From Lama glama (taxonomy: Eukaryota), in contig CM052816.1 of assembly GCA_028534125.1 (NCBI GenBank), forward strand, positions 31,560,001 through 31,624,000: DNA of 64,000 bases, in the 5' to 3' direction. Under the pieces are notes generated by a model that was not told the origin of the DNA, searched no databases, and saw nothing but the letters and a program-made list of their open reading frames with translations. Shown piece by piece: positions 51,406-63,995 of the stretch (position 1 is its first letter; each line of letters begins with the position of its first letter). The translations under genes were made by a program, and so were the position numbers.

Positions 51406-52319
51406 TTTTAGTAAGTCAGATTAAGATCAGATCAGTCTGCCTCTGAAGTCCATACTCTTTCTACTCCCTGCTTGGCTAAGGTAGAATCTTCTACGTTACA
51501 GTCTTGCTTTGGATGTAAGAAAGCGGGAAGTGGGTGGGGTGGGGTGAAAGTGACATCACTAGGCAATATTCTATTTGAAAAAACAGCAGGATTCTCTTGA
51601 CTCCACTTGAGATGATGTTGGGTTTCACTTAGTCAAGCTAATGAAGGAGAACTGGGCAAAGCCCTAACACCAGATGCAAATCTTTCATGAGAACCACATC
51701 TGGACCTCACCTCTGGGCTTGGCAGTGGAATGGGTATAGAGCCATTTATGTACTTTAAGGACAATTATTGAAGAACTTGGAATATAAAAATTAATACCCG
51801 AAGTCCACTTCATACAGTAAAAGGGAATAATGCTAATTAGAAAATGAGAGTCATGTGAGCAGCTCTGGAGATGGACTAGGGATTAGCATTGAAGCTGCAT
51901 TTAGAGCCAATTATAGGCTTGAAACAGGAAGCAAAGAAGGAGCTGCTAAGCAACTATTGCAATAATCCAAGCATGAGTTCCCTAGAGCGTGGGACTGACT
52001 TCCCAGAGCTTAAGAGTAGCTCTTTCTGACTTCACTGCACTGAGGATGCTCATCTTCTGACTATGCCATGATCAGAAGCATGGGAGCAATTGGCACCAAC
52101 CTGTAATCACTGGTCCTTTTCTACCTCCTTCAGGGACTCTTCACTTTATTGCTCTTTCCTTTTTTCTCTCCTCCCAGCCCAATACTTTATATAGAGAGCT
52201 GCCTGGTACTCATATCTTCTTACCTTCTCTGGCTATATAAAGGGCTTCTCATTTTTGCAGCAGAGCTGGCTTTAAGCAGATAAATGTGGTGGCCTGTAAG
52301 CAGCTTCTATGCAGACATT

Positions 52320-52498
52320 GTTTTATTTTATTTATTTTTTATTTTCTTTAAACATTTGTTATTGATTTATAATCATTTTACAATGTTGTGTCAAATTCCA
52401 GTGTTCAGCACAATTTTTCAGTCATTCATGGACATATACACACTCATTGTCACATTTTTTTCTCTGTGAGTTATCATAACATTTTGTGTATATTTCCC
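52320..52498 (-). mobile_element. Young L1 3' end running into gap
   Basis: Near-identical to 2874-3014. Confidence 0.9.
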
Positions 52499-52998
52499 NN
52501 NNNNNNNNNNNNNNNNNNNNNNNNNNNNNNNNNNNNNNNNNNNNNNNNNNNNNNNNNNNNNNNNNNNNNNNNNNNNNNNNNNNNNNNNNNNNNNNNNNNN
52601 NNNNNNNNNNNNNNNNNNNNNNNNNNNNNNNNNNNNNNNNNNNNNNNNNNNNNNNNNNNNNNNNNNNNNNNNNNNNNNNNNNNNNNNNNNNNNNNNNNNN
52701 NNNNNNNNNNNNNNNNNNNNNNNNNNNNNNNNNNNNNNNNNNNNNNNNNNNNNNNNNNNNNNNNNNNNNNNNNNNNNNNNNNNNNNNNNNNNNNNNNNNN
52801 NNNNNNNNNNNNNNNNNNNNNNNNNNNNNNNNNNNNNNNNNNNNNNNNNNNNNNNNNNNNNNNNNNNNNNNNNNNNNNNNNNNNNNNNNNNNNNNNNNNN
52901 NNNNNNNNNNNNNNNNNNNNNNNNNNNNNNNNNNNNNNNNNNNNNNNNNNNNNNNNNNNNNNNNNNNNNNNNNNNNNNNNNNNNNNNNNNNNNNNNNN
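52499..52998. other. Assembly gap, exactly 500 N
   Basis: Counted N run. Confidence 0.99.
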
Positions 52999-53149
52999 AA
53001 TATACACAAAATGTTATGATAACTCAGAGAAAAAAATGTGACAATGAGTGTGTATATATCCATGAATGACTGAAAAATTGTGCTGAACACTGGAATTTGA
53101 CACAACATTGTAAAATGATTATAAATCAATAAAAAATGTTAAAAAAAAA
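52999..53149 (+). mobile_element. Young L1 3' end emerging from gap
   Basis: Near-perfect reverse complement of 52352-52494, ending aataaaaaatgtt plus A-run. Confidence 0.9.
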
Positions 53150-53154
53150 GAGAG

Positions 53155-53650
53155 AGATGACTGGATAAAGTTGTGGTATGTTTCTATAATGAAATACTAC
53201 TCGGCCATAAAAAAGAAAATAATGCCATTTGCAGATAGATACATGGATGGAACTGGAGATTGTCATTCTAAGTGAAGTAAGCCAGAAAGAAAGAAAAATA
53301 CCATACAATATCACTTATATATGGAATCTAAGAAGACGAGACAAACGAACTTATTTACAAAACAGAAAAAGACAGACATAGAAAACAAACGTACGGTTAC
53401 CGGGCGGAAGGGGGAAGGGGGTGGGGAGGGATAAACTGGGAGCTCAAGATTTGCAGATACTACTATATATAACATAGATAAACAACAAGTTCATACTGTA
53501 TAGGACAGGGAACTATATTCAATCTCTTGTAGTGACGTATGGTGAAAAAGAATATGAAAACAAATATACGTATGTTCATGTATGACTGAAGTATTATGCT
53601 GTACACCAGAAACTGACACACACTGAAAACTGACTATACTTCAGTAAAAA
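53155..53650 (+). mobile_element. Older L1: end of ORF2 plus 3'UTR
   Basis: gatgactggataaag...catggatggaactggagattgtcattctaagtgaagtaagccag...tgactatacttca. Confidence 0.88.
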
Positions 53651-55556
53651 TACATATTAAATCACTGATGTAGTGATTTAAAGTGAGATCCTTAAGGTAT
53701 TTTCCATTCGTTTTTAAAATCCCTTTTAATCATTTTTTAATACCCATCAGAAGCTTGAAACAGCAATGTTGTGACTGGACTGCCCTGCTTTTCCTGGGCT
53801 ACCTTTGCACAACAAATGGTCTCCTCAGATCTGTACTGTAACTGGACGTTTTCCTCAAGAAACATTTATTTCCCTTATTGGAAGCAGCATTCTTACACCA
53901 ATGACAGAGATAAAAGAATATACCTGGAAAGGAAAGCTTGGGAATATTTTTTAAATGTATCTAAGACAAATACATTTGTTTCAGTGAATAACGCCTCTCC
54001 CTATGGATCTGTTTCTGATCCAACAGGGTGGCTGGTGAAGAGAGAAGCAGGCCTCTGCCAGGCTCTCCTCTGATGTCCCACCACAGGGAGGCCTCCCACT
54101 AGTGGGAGCAGAGACTCTCAGACTCCCATTTTCACACACTTGCTTTTGTGCTTGGTAGCGCTCTTTTGATGATGCCTTAAAATGATCGCCCCGACTGCCC
54201 CAGTGTTGGGTGGGCCTAAGGCCCACCAGAGAACACAGCTCTGGACTCCTCCCTCAGTGCCTTCAGTGCCCTCTTCAAGATTTCTCCCACTGTGCAAATG
54301 GAAGCCAATTACAATGATACTAGTAAAGAGAAAAGGGGTTTCCAAAGGGCCATCTGTCACCTGACAAGGATGTGCAGAACCAGAGAGAAGAGCTGTAGGC
54401 ACTCAAGATCCAGGGCAGGGCCCTCTCTACCTTTTGACTCTGGGCTATGACACCTCCCTTTGTTTTTTTCTTAGTGTCCTGCCTCCTATATGCCCTGCTG
54501 CCCATACAGGATGGTAGCACAATATAGGTTCGAGTCTGGCAACTGTGGTTGTCCACACTCCAGACCTCTCTGCTACAGTAAGCCTCACCCCTACGTGAAG
54601 TCTCAGTAATTTGGGAGTGTTTCTGAGGTCCCCCAGACAGACAAAATGTGCTCCAGTGTGGAATCGGTGTCTGAGATAAGGCTGACCCCACGGGTAGTGG
54701 TGTAAGTTTCCACGGAGAGCACCCCTCCACCTGCACGTGACCCAGCTTGGCTGCGGGAAACTGCTCAGGTCTCCAAACATTGCTGGGCCGGCTTGAGCTG
54801 TAGCTCCATCTCCAAAGCACGTCTCAACTTCTCAAGTGAAACAGCCATTTAAACAGAAGGACACAAATTTAAAAGGGAAAATGGGCATTTTTCTCTCATT
54901 GCAATCAAATTACTCCTTAGGGATAATTCATCATACACCAGACTTTTTACTGATCACTATTAGTAAGTTTTCCCCAAACCTACACTTCTCTTTTGACAAA
55001 TTTTCAATGATATAAGAAAAGCAAAAGTAAAGAAAATGAAATGGAAAGAATCCCTAAATTTGGAGTGAGAAATCTTCTGTTTCGATCCCCTATCTGGTAC
55101 TCATATATCATAGCACCTTGGAACAGTGACAAAGCCCTATGTGCAAGGATCCTCTTGTGTAAAATGAGAAGTTGGAATAATCTCGAAGGCCCCTCCAGCT
55201 CTCAAAATCACATCTCTTGTGATTTTGTCCGAATCATCCCTCTCACTCTGTCCTAATTATGATAAAGCAGAGGTTCCCAACTTGAGTTCGAGCACACATT
55301 CCAGTGGGGGCATCTCTGGTAGATGCCAGGAGAGCTGTCAGCTTCAGCACCATCAGCAGCAGAATTGCCCCTTTGGGCACTGACCACAACCAAGGACATA
55401 GGCACCACCAGGACCCTGAGCCAGAGGAGGGACAGACGTGAGGCGCGAGCGCCAAGCATACGATACCTCAGAGAACAGCAGTGCTATCCTCTGGGGATCT
55501 GAGAACTACTGAGAGGGGTTTAAGAAAGGGCAGAATCCCTGCACAGCCGCACCAGG

Positions 55557-56013
55557 GTGTATGAGTTATCTACTGCTGAATAACAAACCATTCCAAACTT
55601 AGTGGCTTAAAACAAGGATATATCTAGCTCACAATTTAGGCTGAGCACAGCGGGGATGTTTCTTCTGCTTTTCTCCCATGGGCTCATCCGCACACCCATG
55701 GTGAGTTGAGTGGCGCTGCTTCTGGCTGTCAGCAGTGCTGTGTCCTGTCATCACCCACTAGGGCAGTCTAGGCTCCTTCACATGTGTCCCCAGACCAGCA
55801 AAACACAAACCCAACATGCAGGCATTTTTCAAGACTTTGCTTGAGGCGTTAAGTGTTAATACCCCAGGGGTTAAAGTAAGTCAAATGGCCAACTCAGATT
55901 GAAAGGGTAAGGACATGGACTCTACCCCTTAATAAGAGGATTTATAATGTCACATGCCATGCATAGGAATGGAAGTAGGGAAAGACTCGGTGGCCATTCA
56001 CACCACCTACCAC
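55557..56013 (-). mobile_element. MaLR LTR (MLT1F-H group)
   Basis: tgtatgagttatctactgctgaataacaaaccattccaaacttagtggcttaaaacaa...ctaccaca. Confidence 0.8.
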
Positions 56014-56580
56014 AAAAATACAGATCTATGCCTGTCAGTATGACCTGATTTTTATTCCCAAGTTCATATTGCCAAGTAAATAAGTAAAATTATTCTTGCA
56101 TTTTACTTAGCAGCAAATTTTACAGTAAAATCACAAGGAGAAATGAAATTTGTGAGCCTGCAGAGCAAAGAAGAACTGGAGAATTTTTTGCAAACCGTCA
56201 GCCTCCCTTAACCTTTGGAACTCCCTCCAAAGTTATACACGGAAATGCAAATATAAGGAATTCCTCCTGGATGGTTTGCTTCTGTACCTCATTTTATTCT
56301 TGTCCTTCCAAAATCCAAGGCTGGGAGCTCCTGCCTTCAGGCAAGTCACTCAATGACACTTTTTAAGAAATGCATGAATAATCGCAGCCAGTTAGAATTT
56401 TTAAATCTCTGAAGAGCATGGCTATGTAAAGTAGACCACTTTCTCCAATCTCCAACCTGTGTTTGGCAATTAAACTGAGCATTATACCAGTTTCATTTGA
56501 CAATAACTCATTTAAGTTACATTTCGTCCAATTAACTATGTACTTAAGCACTATGCTAAGCATGTAGATATAATAGGGAC

Positions 56581-56623
56581 AGGAAGGAAGGAAGGAAGGA
56601 AGGAAGGAAGGAAGGAAGGAAGG
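56581..56623. repeat. (AGGA)10 microsatellite
   Basis: Direct reading. Confidence 0.97.
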
Positions 56624-57451
56624 GGCCTTCCTGTATCCTGTGGTTCAGTGGGATGCTAACAAGTAACTTTTGCAAGGAGTATAGTTCAAGAACTTCCACT
56701 GACTTCAAAATTAAGGTGAATTTTGCAGTTTCAATAACTTCTAATGGGTCACTTTAAATTTTCAAAGTCTGGCTCCTCTGAAGGTTTCAAAGTGACTGAC
56801 TTTCTTCTTTCCATTGTTAAATCATCACCAAGTTCTTTTTAATTCTGATGGTGTCCTCAAGCTCCTTCTGAGGACATTCATTTCTTTGGGCAGTTAAAAA
56901 AGCCTCTGAGTCAATTACCTCTTAGAGAAGACCAGCCTCTCACCTCAGTAATACTTCAAAGGAAGCTTGCTTGACTACACAGGACTAGAGCAGCGTGAAG
57001 AGGGGCTGAAGACATGGGCCAGTGTAATTGCTCCCAGTATTTTTCTTTAAAAATCTGCAAAGGTTGGTTCTCAGCACACTTAAAAGGAGCAAAGTTCACT
57101 CTGGTCTCTGTGTACCCTTTCAAATGTTCTTGATGTTCTCCTCTTTATCTGAACTGCATAAACTGTGGAGATTGTGTGTTGCTATTTTTAATAACAATTT
57201 AGAGTATTTGTCTCCTTGTGAAAGTTTTCATTTTAACAGACTACTTTAAAGATGCTCCCTTCCCCCTCCCTCTCACATATACCACAGCCTTTAAATTTCA
57301 CGAGAGATTAACTCTGTTGATGAAAGTTTAGATAATATGGTAAGAGATATTTTGGTAGAGTATGCCTGGTCTCAAGACAGGTCCCATCAACTCAGAAGCC
57401 CAGAGGACATAAATTGTACCTAATTTTGTTAATCAGTTTAAAGTTCCTACA

Positions 57452-58363
57452 TTTTCCAAGAAAGACATAAAGATGGCCAACAGGCACATGTAAGTATGCT
57501 CAATACTAGTCATCATCAGGGAAAGGCAGATCAAAACCATCAAGAAGATAGCAAATAACAAGTGTTAGTGAGGATGTGGAGAACAGAGAACCCTGTGCAC
57601 TGCTGGTGGGAATTTAAGTTGGTGCAACCTCTATGGAAAATAAAATGGCGGTTCCCCACAGAAGTTAAAAGTAGAACTGCCATATGACACAACAAATCCA
57701 CTTCTGAGAATTTATCCAAAGGGAACAAAAACACTAACTCAAAAAGATATGGGCATCCCCTTGCTCAGTGCAGTGCTATTTACAACAGCACAGATATGAA
57801 AACAATCTAAGTGTCCACTGATGGACGAATGAACAAAGAAAACATACAGTGGAATATTATTCCATCATTAAAAAGAAAATCCTGCCATTTTTGACAATAT
57901 GATGGACCTTCAGAGTATTATGCTGAGTGAAGTACGACAAAGACTATACCATATGATCTCACTCATATACAGAATCTAAAAAAAAAATCAAAAACAAACA
58001 AAAAAATCACATTCATAGAATAGATCACATTTCAAGAATAGACTGGTGGCTTACAGAGGTAGGGGATAGGGTGGGTGAAATGGATGAAGAGGGTCAAAGG
58101 TACAAACTTTCAGTTAAAAAACAAGTAATTTATAGGATATAATGTATAGCATGGAGACTATGGTTAATAACACTATATTGTATATTTAGAAGTTGCTAAG
58201 AGAGTAAAACTTCTCACTGCAAGAAATAAAATTGTCACCATGTTAATAGATGTTATCACTAGACCTACTGTGGTGATCATTTCACAACACGTATAAATGT
58301 CAAATCATTATGTTGTACATCTGAAACCAACATGTTATATGTCAATTATAGCTTAATAAAAAA
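57452..58363 (+). mobile_element. Older L1 (L1MA-like): ORF2 C-terminus plus 3'UTR
   Basis: gatggccaacaggcacatg...gaggatgtggagaa...ctgctggtgggaat...ttatgttgtacatctgaaac...aataaaaaa. Confidence 0.88.
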
Positions 58364-59609
58364 TCCTTTCTTGGATCTTCACAGAAAACAAAAATCAATG
58401 AGGAAATTTTTAAAAATTGGTAATTTTTTATTCTTTATTCAAAGGTTAAAATATGGGCAGTGAGTAGAAGCCCTAATAAAACCCAGACAAAATTCTGAAA
58501 GGTGTTGATATTATCCTTAGAATCCCATCCTGAGAAACCTGAAAGACAAGCAATTTCCCCTTACCACCAGGACCCTACATTATAGTGTACAAAGTGAAGG
58601 AACTATATTTTGTCCAATTTTGTCATTGCTTAAGCCAGTGTTAACCGTAGCTTATTTTCCATCACTGAAATGAATACTCAACAGTGCTTTCTTTTTATCC
58701 TGAAATAGCTTTATCTGTATGTACCACTCAAGTTACTAGTTATTAATAATATTGAACATCTCCTGTGAGTCAGACACTGTGAAAGAAAATAAGGAACACA
58801 ATGCTGAATAGACCTTAGGACAAGCTCTCAAAGGATCTCAAAGACAAACATAAGCAGTCAAGAGTCTTAAATGTCATGTTCCAGAGACGCACATATTTTC
58901 TAGGGAGGAGACGGTGGAGATGAAGAGTGGGGAGGTAAAGGTTAGGCAGAAACTTTAGATATGGGGTGTTATTCAGGTTTGTGGGACTATAAATGGTAAT
59001 GCTCTTTTGAATCCACACTGAACCAGGTTCTAAAAAGGTTCTTCTAATAGTAAGTTACAACAGCAGCCATGCTCATAAGGAGCCATCCATGAAGCCTGTG
59101 CTAACTGAACGATCAGGATAAAGTCTGGAATGCAGATTTACAGGGAGAGACTGACTACATCAATAGACTAAACTCAAAGGTCAAGAAAATGAAAGATGGG
59201 CCAGGCAGCCAACCCAGGAAAAGACATCCCACATGCCTACCCTTGGGTGTGCAGCAGAGAGAATGCTGCACTCCTCACACCAAACTCCTGGGGCACAACT
59301 GATGGGAATATTCCAGTAAGATTGGTGCCACCCAGGACACAAAAGAACCGAAAGAAGACACTGGCTAAGGGAATAGAGAAGTTATTCCAGCAGCCTTGGA
59401 TTTCACATTTTAAAAATGGTATACTGGCGAGCCAATTTATATAAACTGTAACAAAAGCTGCCTCCTATTCACCTGTGGCTGAAGAAAAACCACTGTGACT
59501 AAACAAATGGCCAGTGTGCATCATCTGTATATAAGGTGGCAGGCAGGGGATAAAAACTGTTACAATTATCTTAAAATAGACATTATTAGCAGCATGTAAT
59601 TAATTTAAC

Positions 59610-59850
59610 CAACATTTATATAGCTCTTCTTTTTAAGCACTGTTTTAAACACTTGGAAAATATTAACTTAGCAAACTTTGCTGCTGCTACTGTACAAGAT
59701 TTGAACTATTACCTCCATGAGACATGAGGAAACTGAGGCACAGAAAAGTTAATGAAATTTTCCAAGTTCAAAGAGCCAGCCAATGGTAGATCCAGGATTG
59801 GAACCCAAGCAGTTTGGTTCCAAAGTCCATGTTCTTCACCACAACACCAT
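59610..59850 (-). mobile_element. MIR SINE
   Basis: atgaggaaactgaggcacagaaaagtta...ggattggaacccaagcagtttgg. Confidence 0.8.
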
Positions 59851-60098
59851 TCTACCTCACATGGCATCACTTATGAGCGTCAATGTAAGAATTGGATAGT
59901 GCCCTCCTGGCACTGTCCAGAGAAGACGTTGTAACTCAGAGAGAAGAGCATCAATAACATCAACCTCTCAACGTACTGAGAGCGTCACAGACCCAGCACA
60001 CCACGTAAAAATTCATTTTCTTTCTGAGTGCAAAGCATACACTCTCTATATATGAAGATTTCCAGCAATTACCAACGAACTTTTTTTTTCTAATGTTT

Positions 60099-60572
60099 GT
60101 GGCAGAGACTGTATTTTGACTTAACCCCTATTCCCAGTACCATGGTAGTTGCCTTTCTCTACCCTAGGAGTCAGAAAAACTCAAGCAGCATTCCCTGAAA
60201 TCCTCTGCAGCTCTGGTGCAAGCATGTGACCTAAGTTTTTTCAGACACACTTTCACAAAATGTCAGTGTGGGAATGATCAGGATCATCTGTTCAGCCCAG
60301 AGTGGGAATTCAGACGTCCTGACAAGGCTGAGGGTGGTGAAGGTCATTCGGGGGCAGCTGTAGGGGAGCAGTGGTGTTTCCGCAAAACCAGGCTCAGAGG
60401 CTGAGGGTATGTCTCCTGGCTGTGTGCTTCTTAGCTGCCAGTATTCCTGAATTTCTGTTCCCAGGGCTGCCTCTCTGGGCCTTCCAGATATTCTGGGAGC
60501 TATCTAACATCCTTTAATCAAAATTCTTACTGGTTAACTTAGCTAGAGTGGATTCTGTTCTTTGCAACCAAT
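60099..60572 (+). mobile_element. Old MaLR LTR (MLT1H-J group)
   Basis: tgtggcagagactg...agctagagtggattctgttctttgcaacca. Confidence 0.65.
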
Positions 60573-61249
60573 TATCTTTACATATATGATATGTATAATA
60601 CATATATGTATACGGCTAGTGCATCAACCCTTATGATTTCCAAAAAATCACTATTTTGCCTAAAATTAATGTTTAAAAAAAAGTAGTCAATTTAAGAAAA
60701 CTATTTAGGACAGGCGGTGAAGCACATGGACTCCGGAGCCAAACTGCTTGAGTTCCAATCCTAGATCTACCCTTGACTGATTCTTTGAACTTGGAAAATC
60801 TAACTTCTACATGAATGATTGGAATTTAGAAAAAGTCATTAATTCCTCATGCTTCTGAGTAATAATTATCATTTCTACAGTTCTACATATAAATATACTG
60901 AATTTAGAGAGATTTGATACCCTGTCCAATGTCACACGCTAGTTGACCATGAATCCTGGTCTATCCTACTCAGGGATGTGTATGTGTAGCATCACAGTCC
61001 TCTGCGATCATAACTGACAAATAAAACTGACAAATTATCATTAGGGCTTAAAGCTTTGTCTCCATGAGTTTGATTAGTTTGCAGCAGTTCTGACGATACT
61101 GATCATTGTTGAGGATACTGGCAAAATACAAGTTTCTTGACCTGTAGAAACTAGGGCTAGTTCCTCGTCTGTGGGAACTTAACCAAGTTAACTCTCAGAA
61201 GTCCTGCCTGACAGCTCACTGGCCTCTTTAAGAGGCAGACTAGAAAAAT

Positions 61250-61670
61250 TTCCCAGAGGAGATGCTAAGACCAGCTCTTGAAGGAATAGCTGACATTATC
61301 GAATAGACGAAGACCAGAAAGACAAGGAACTGCATAGGTAAAGGCATAGCTCATTGGATAAATATGAAGTAATAAAGTGTAGCTGGAACATGACAAACAT
61401 GCTAGTTGAACAATGAAAGAGATGGCTAGAGAGGTGTCAGATTGGACCATGAGAGTCTTATGTCCCATGCTGGGTAAGGACAGTCAAGACAGAAGCCAAG
61501 GGGAACATAGGAAAGGCTGAAACAGAAGAGTTTCATGATCAGATTCCATTTCAAAAGAGGTTGTGATGGCATTATGCCCCAATGGGCTGTACTCTCAGGG
61601 AAGCCAGAGTGAGGCAGGAGTGGAAGAACACATGGGAGGAGGGAGTGTGTAATCCAGCTGGCAAGAGCTC
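61250..61670 (-). mobile_element. Diverged L2 fragment
   Basis: ggctagagagg...catgatcagattccatttcaaaaga...gtaatccag. Confidence 0.5.
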
Positions 61671-63069
61671 TGTGGACGAAGCTGGCCACGCAGCCTTCCA
61701 CGCCATCTCGGAGCAGGGAGTATGAACGCCTGCATCTTGGACTACTCTGCAGGGAGGAGAAGAAAAGCCACAGGCTCCTCCTCTCCTATCTTTCTTTGGT
61801 CAAAGTCCATTTCATTCTGCATCAAGTACCACCCCCCCTCCAAATTGACTGTCCCCTGGCCCCTCCAGCAGCACAGGGGAAGGCAGAGCCTCTGAAGTCT
61901 CTCCCTGTCAGTTTGCGCTGTATAGGGGGGACCTGGAACGTGTGACAGCAGAAGTGATAGCAGCCTGGGCTTTCACCCATGCAAACTGTGTGAATAAACA
62001 CTTTGTGAGCTCTGGCTGCAAATCTGAGGCCCATGGTGCAGGCCAGGCTAAGCTGACCAGGGACAGTGAATTAGTAAAGTCTGCCAGGACTGCATATAGG
62101 CATACAATTTTTATGGGATCATATATTTTCTGTTAAATGCCTATTTCTTCTGTATCTTAACAAGCTCGAAGCTGAGTTTCTGCCCAAGTCTGTCTTTTAA
62201 AGGGCACAAAATCTTTCATGTCATATTCACAGATACATTTAATAGTTATCTTCCAAGGATGACTGATCCTGAGGCAAAGTAATTTGTTACAGAAAATATG
62301 CTTAATAGAATATTTCATGTAAGTTAGTTTTTTCACTTAAACTTACAAACAAGTTCAGTAACAGGAGGTTAAATGTACCTAACAATCTTGTGACAATTAA
62401 CTATCAACCAAGGCCTTGGTGACTTTGTTATAATATTCCCTTATTAAGAACATATGTAAAAATCTCCCTCCTAGAAAAGGTAGCTTTTGTTTGTAACATA
62501 TTGTGATTCTATCTGATTATTTTAAAGTAAGACATAATATCTCCTTCCACACTTATAAAAACTACATGCACTATACATGATTAATGGTCTGTGGGAATAA
62601 AATTCTGTCTATAAAATAGATGAGTGGAAATTTTGAGAATAGCCATTAATATCATCTAAGTGAAGACTAACAATATGGGAAGGTGCTCACGAATTAAATT
62701 GTAGTAAATAAAGCAGGAATCAAATATTATGTACAATATACTCAGATCCCTGTATGGAAGGAACAGGATATGGAAACAAACACACACAAAGAAAGACAAG
62801 AATGGTAACTAAATTACAGATGACTTTACCAAACTCATTATATATTTCCATTCTTTCCCTACTTTCTATATTATTACTTTCTAATCAGAATTTTATCAAA
62901 ATGAACCTAAAAATACCTTAAGTTGAGAGCTATGATGGGTCATCAAAACCAAAATGTTTAATAATTTATTAAGCAGAAATCTGATCATTTATATCCTTCC
63001 AGAATGAAGACTGTGTGAACAGAGGGTTTGATCAGCTTAGAGGAGAAACTTATACTGCAGAGACAAAAC

Positions 63070-63205
63070 CAGAGGACCTTGTTGAAATGTAGATTTTTTT
63101 CAATTCCAATTCAGCAGGTCTGGATGCGGCCAGAAATCTGCACTTTATCAAGCTCCCTGGTGATTCTAATGCAGCTAGTTGAGGACACACTGAAAAATAC
63201 TGGCC
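63070..63205. mobile_element. MER5-like DNA transposon
   Basis: aattcagcaggtctgga...gaaatctgcactttatcaagctccctggtgattctaatgcag. Confidence 0.7.
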
Positions 63206-63639
63206 AAAAGAGAAGTCCAAAACATCAATACTTCACAGAGACTCTCGGTATACCATCCAGGAACCATGCTGCTCTGCCTCTGAGAACCCCAGGCCTCTAG
63301 TTCCCAGGGCAGATCCTACTAAGGACCAGTGTATTATCTCCTCTTGTCCTGATGCATCCTCATTTAGCAGGTTTCTTAGGATTGGCTTTCCTTGTGACTT
63401 TATTAAGAGGAGAAAATAGGCTGTTCTATCAACATTGGCATCTGAGGTCATTTGAATGTCCTCATTGTGAGTGAATAAATCAGTGAAGGGTTTATACATC
63501 AGTCTCTCTGGGCTCAGTTAATGTGAGTCTAGCCCTGAAACTTGGATCCATTTTCAGATAACTGACAAAACTACGCATATGATTCTCAAGGCTAAAGTCT
63601 CTCAGCTAAGAGGTAGTAGGTCTCTCTTCCCAAAGAAGC

Positions 63640-63995
63640 AGACATTTATCGTTTTTGCCAGACAGGCACCCTTTCTCATTTTTCTAGTACAACAGCTTAA
63701 ATTTCCCTTGGGGAATCACCACTCTTCTGTTCTCAGAGTCCTCCCAAGTCTGAACATGGCTTGCCTTCTAAACTCACTCTCAGAATTTTTGTTAAAACAA
63801 AATTAAGCTTTCGAGGTAAAGCTTAAATCTGTCAGCGTGGGTCCTGGAGCCACAAGAGAAAATCGTGCCTGAGACCACCACCATCTTGGACAAAATAAGA
63901 ACCAAGAATTAGAGATAACACTGTGGGGAGAGCAGGGGGAAAGGAGGAGAGTTTATAACTTCATTGCTTTAATCCTGGATACAGCTGGTCCTACC
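63640..63995 (+). mobile_element. Old MaLR LTR fragment (MLT1K/L-like)
   Basis: gggaatcaccactcttctgttctcag...ccaccaccatcttg...cctggatacagctg. Confidence 0.45.

Noticed and set aside
52388..53129. ORFs of 177-235 aa on both strands
   Set aside because: Almost entirely X from the N gap, flanked by L1 3'UTR
54320..54820. 166-aa minus ORF with GPCR-like GDRWPFG motif
   Set aside because: No flanking transmembrane helices and no conserved TM3 cysteine or DRY motif; likely chance
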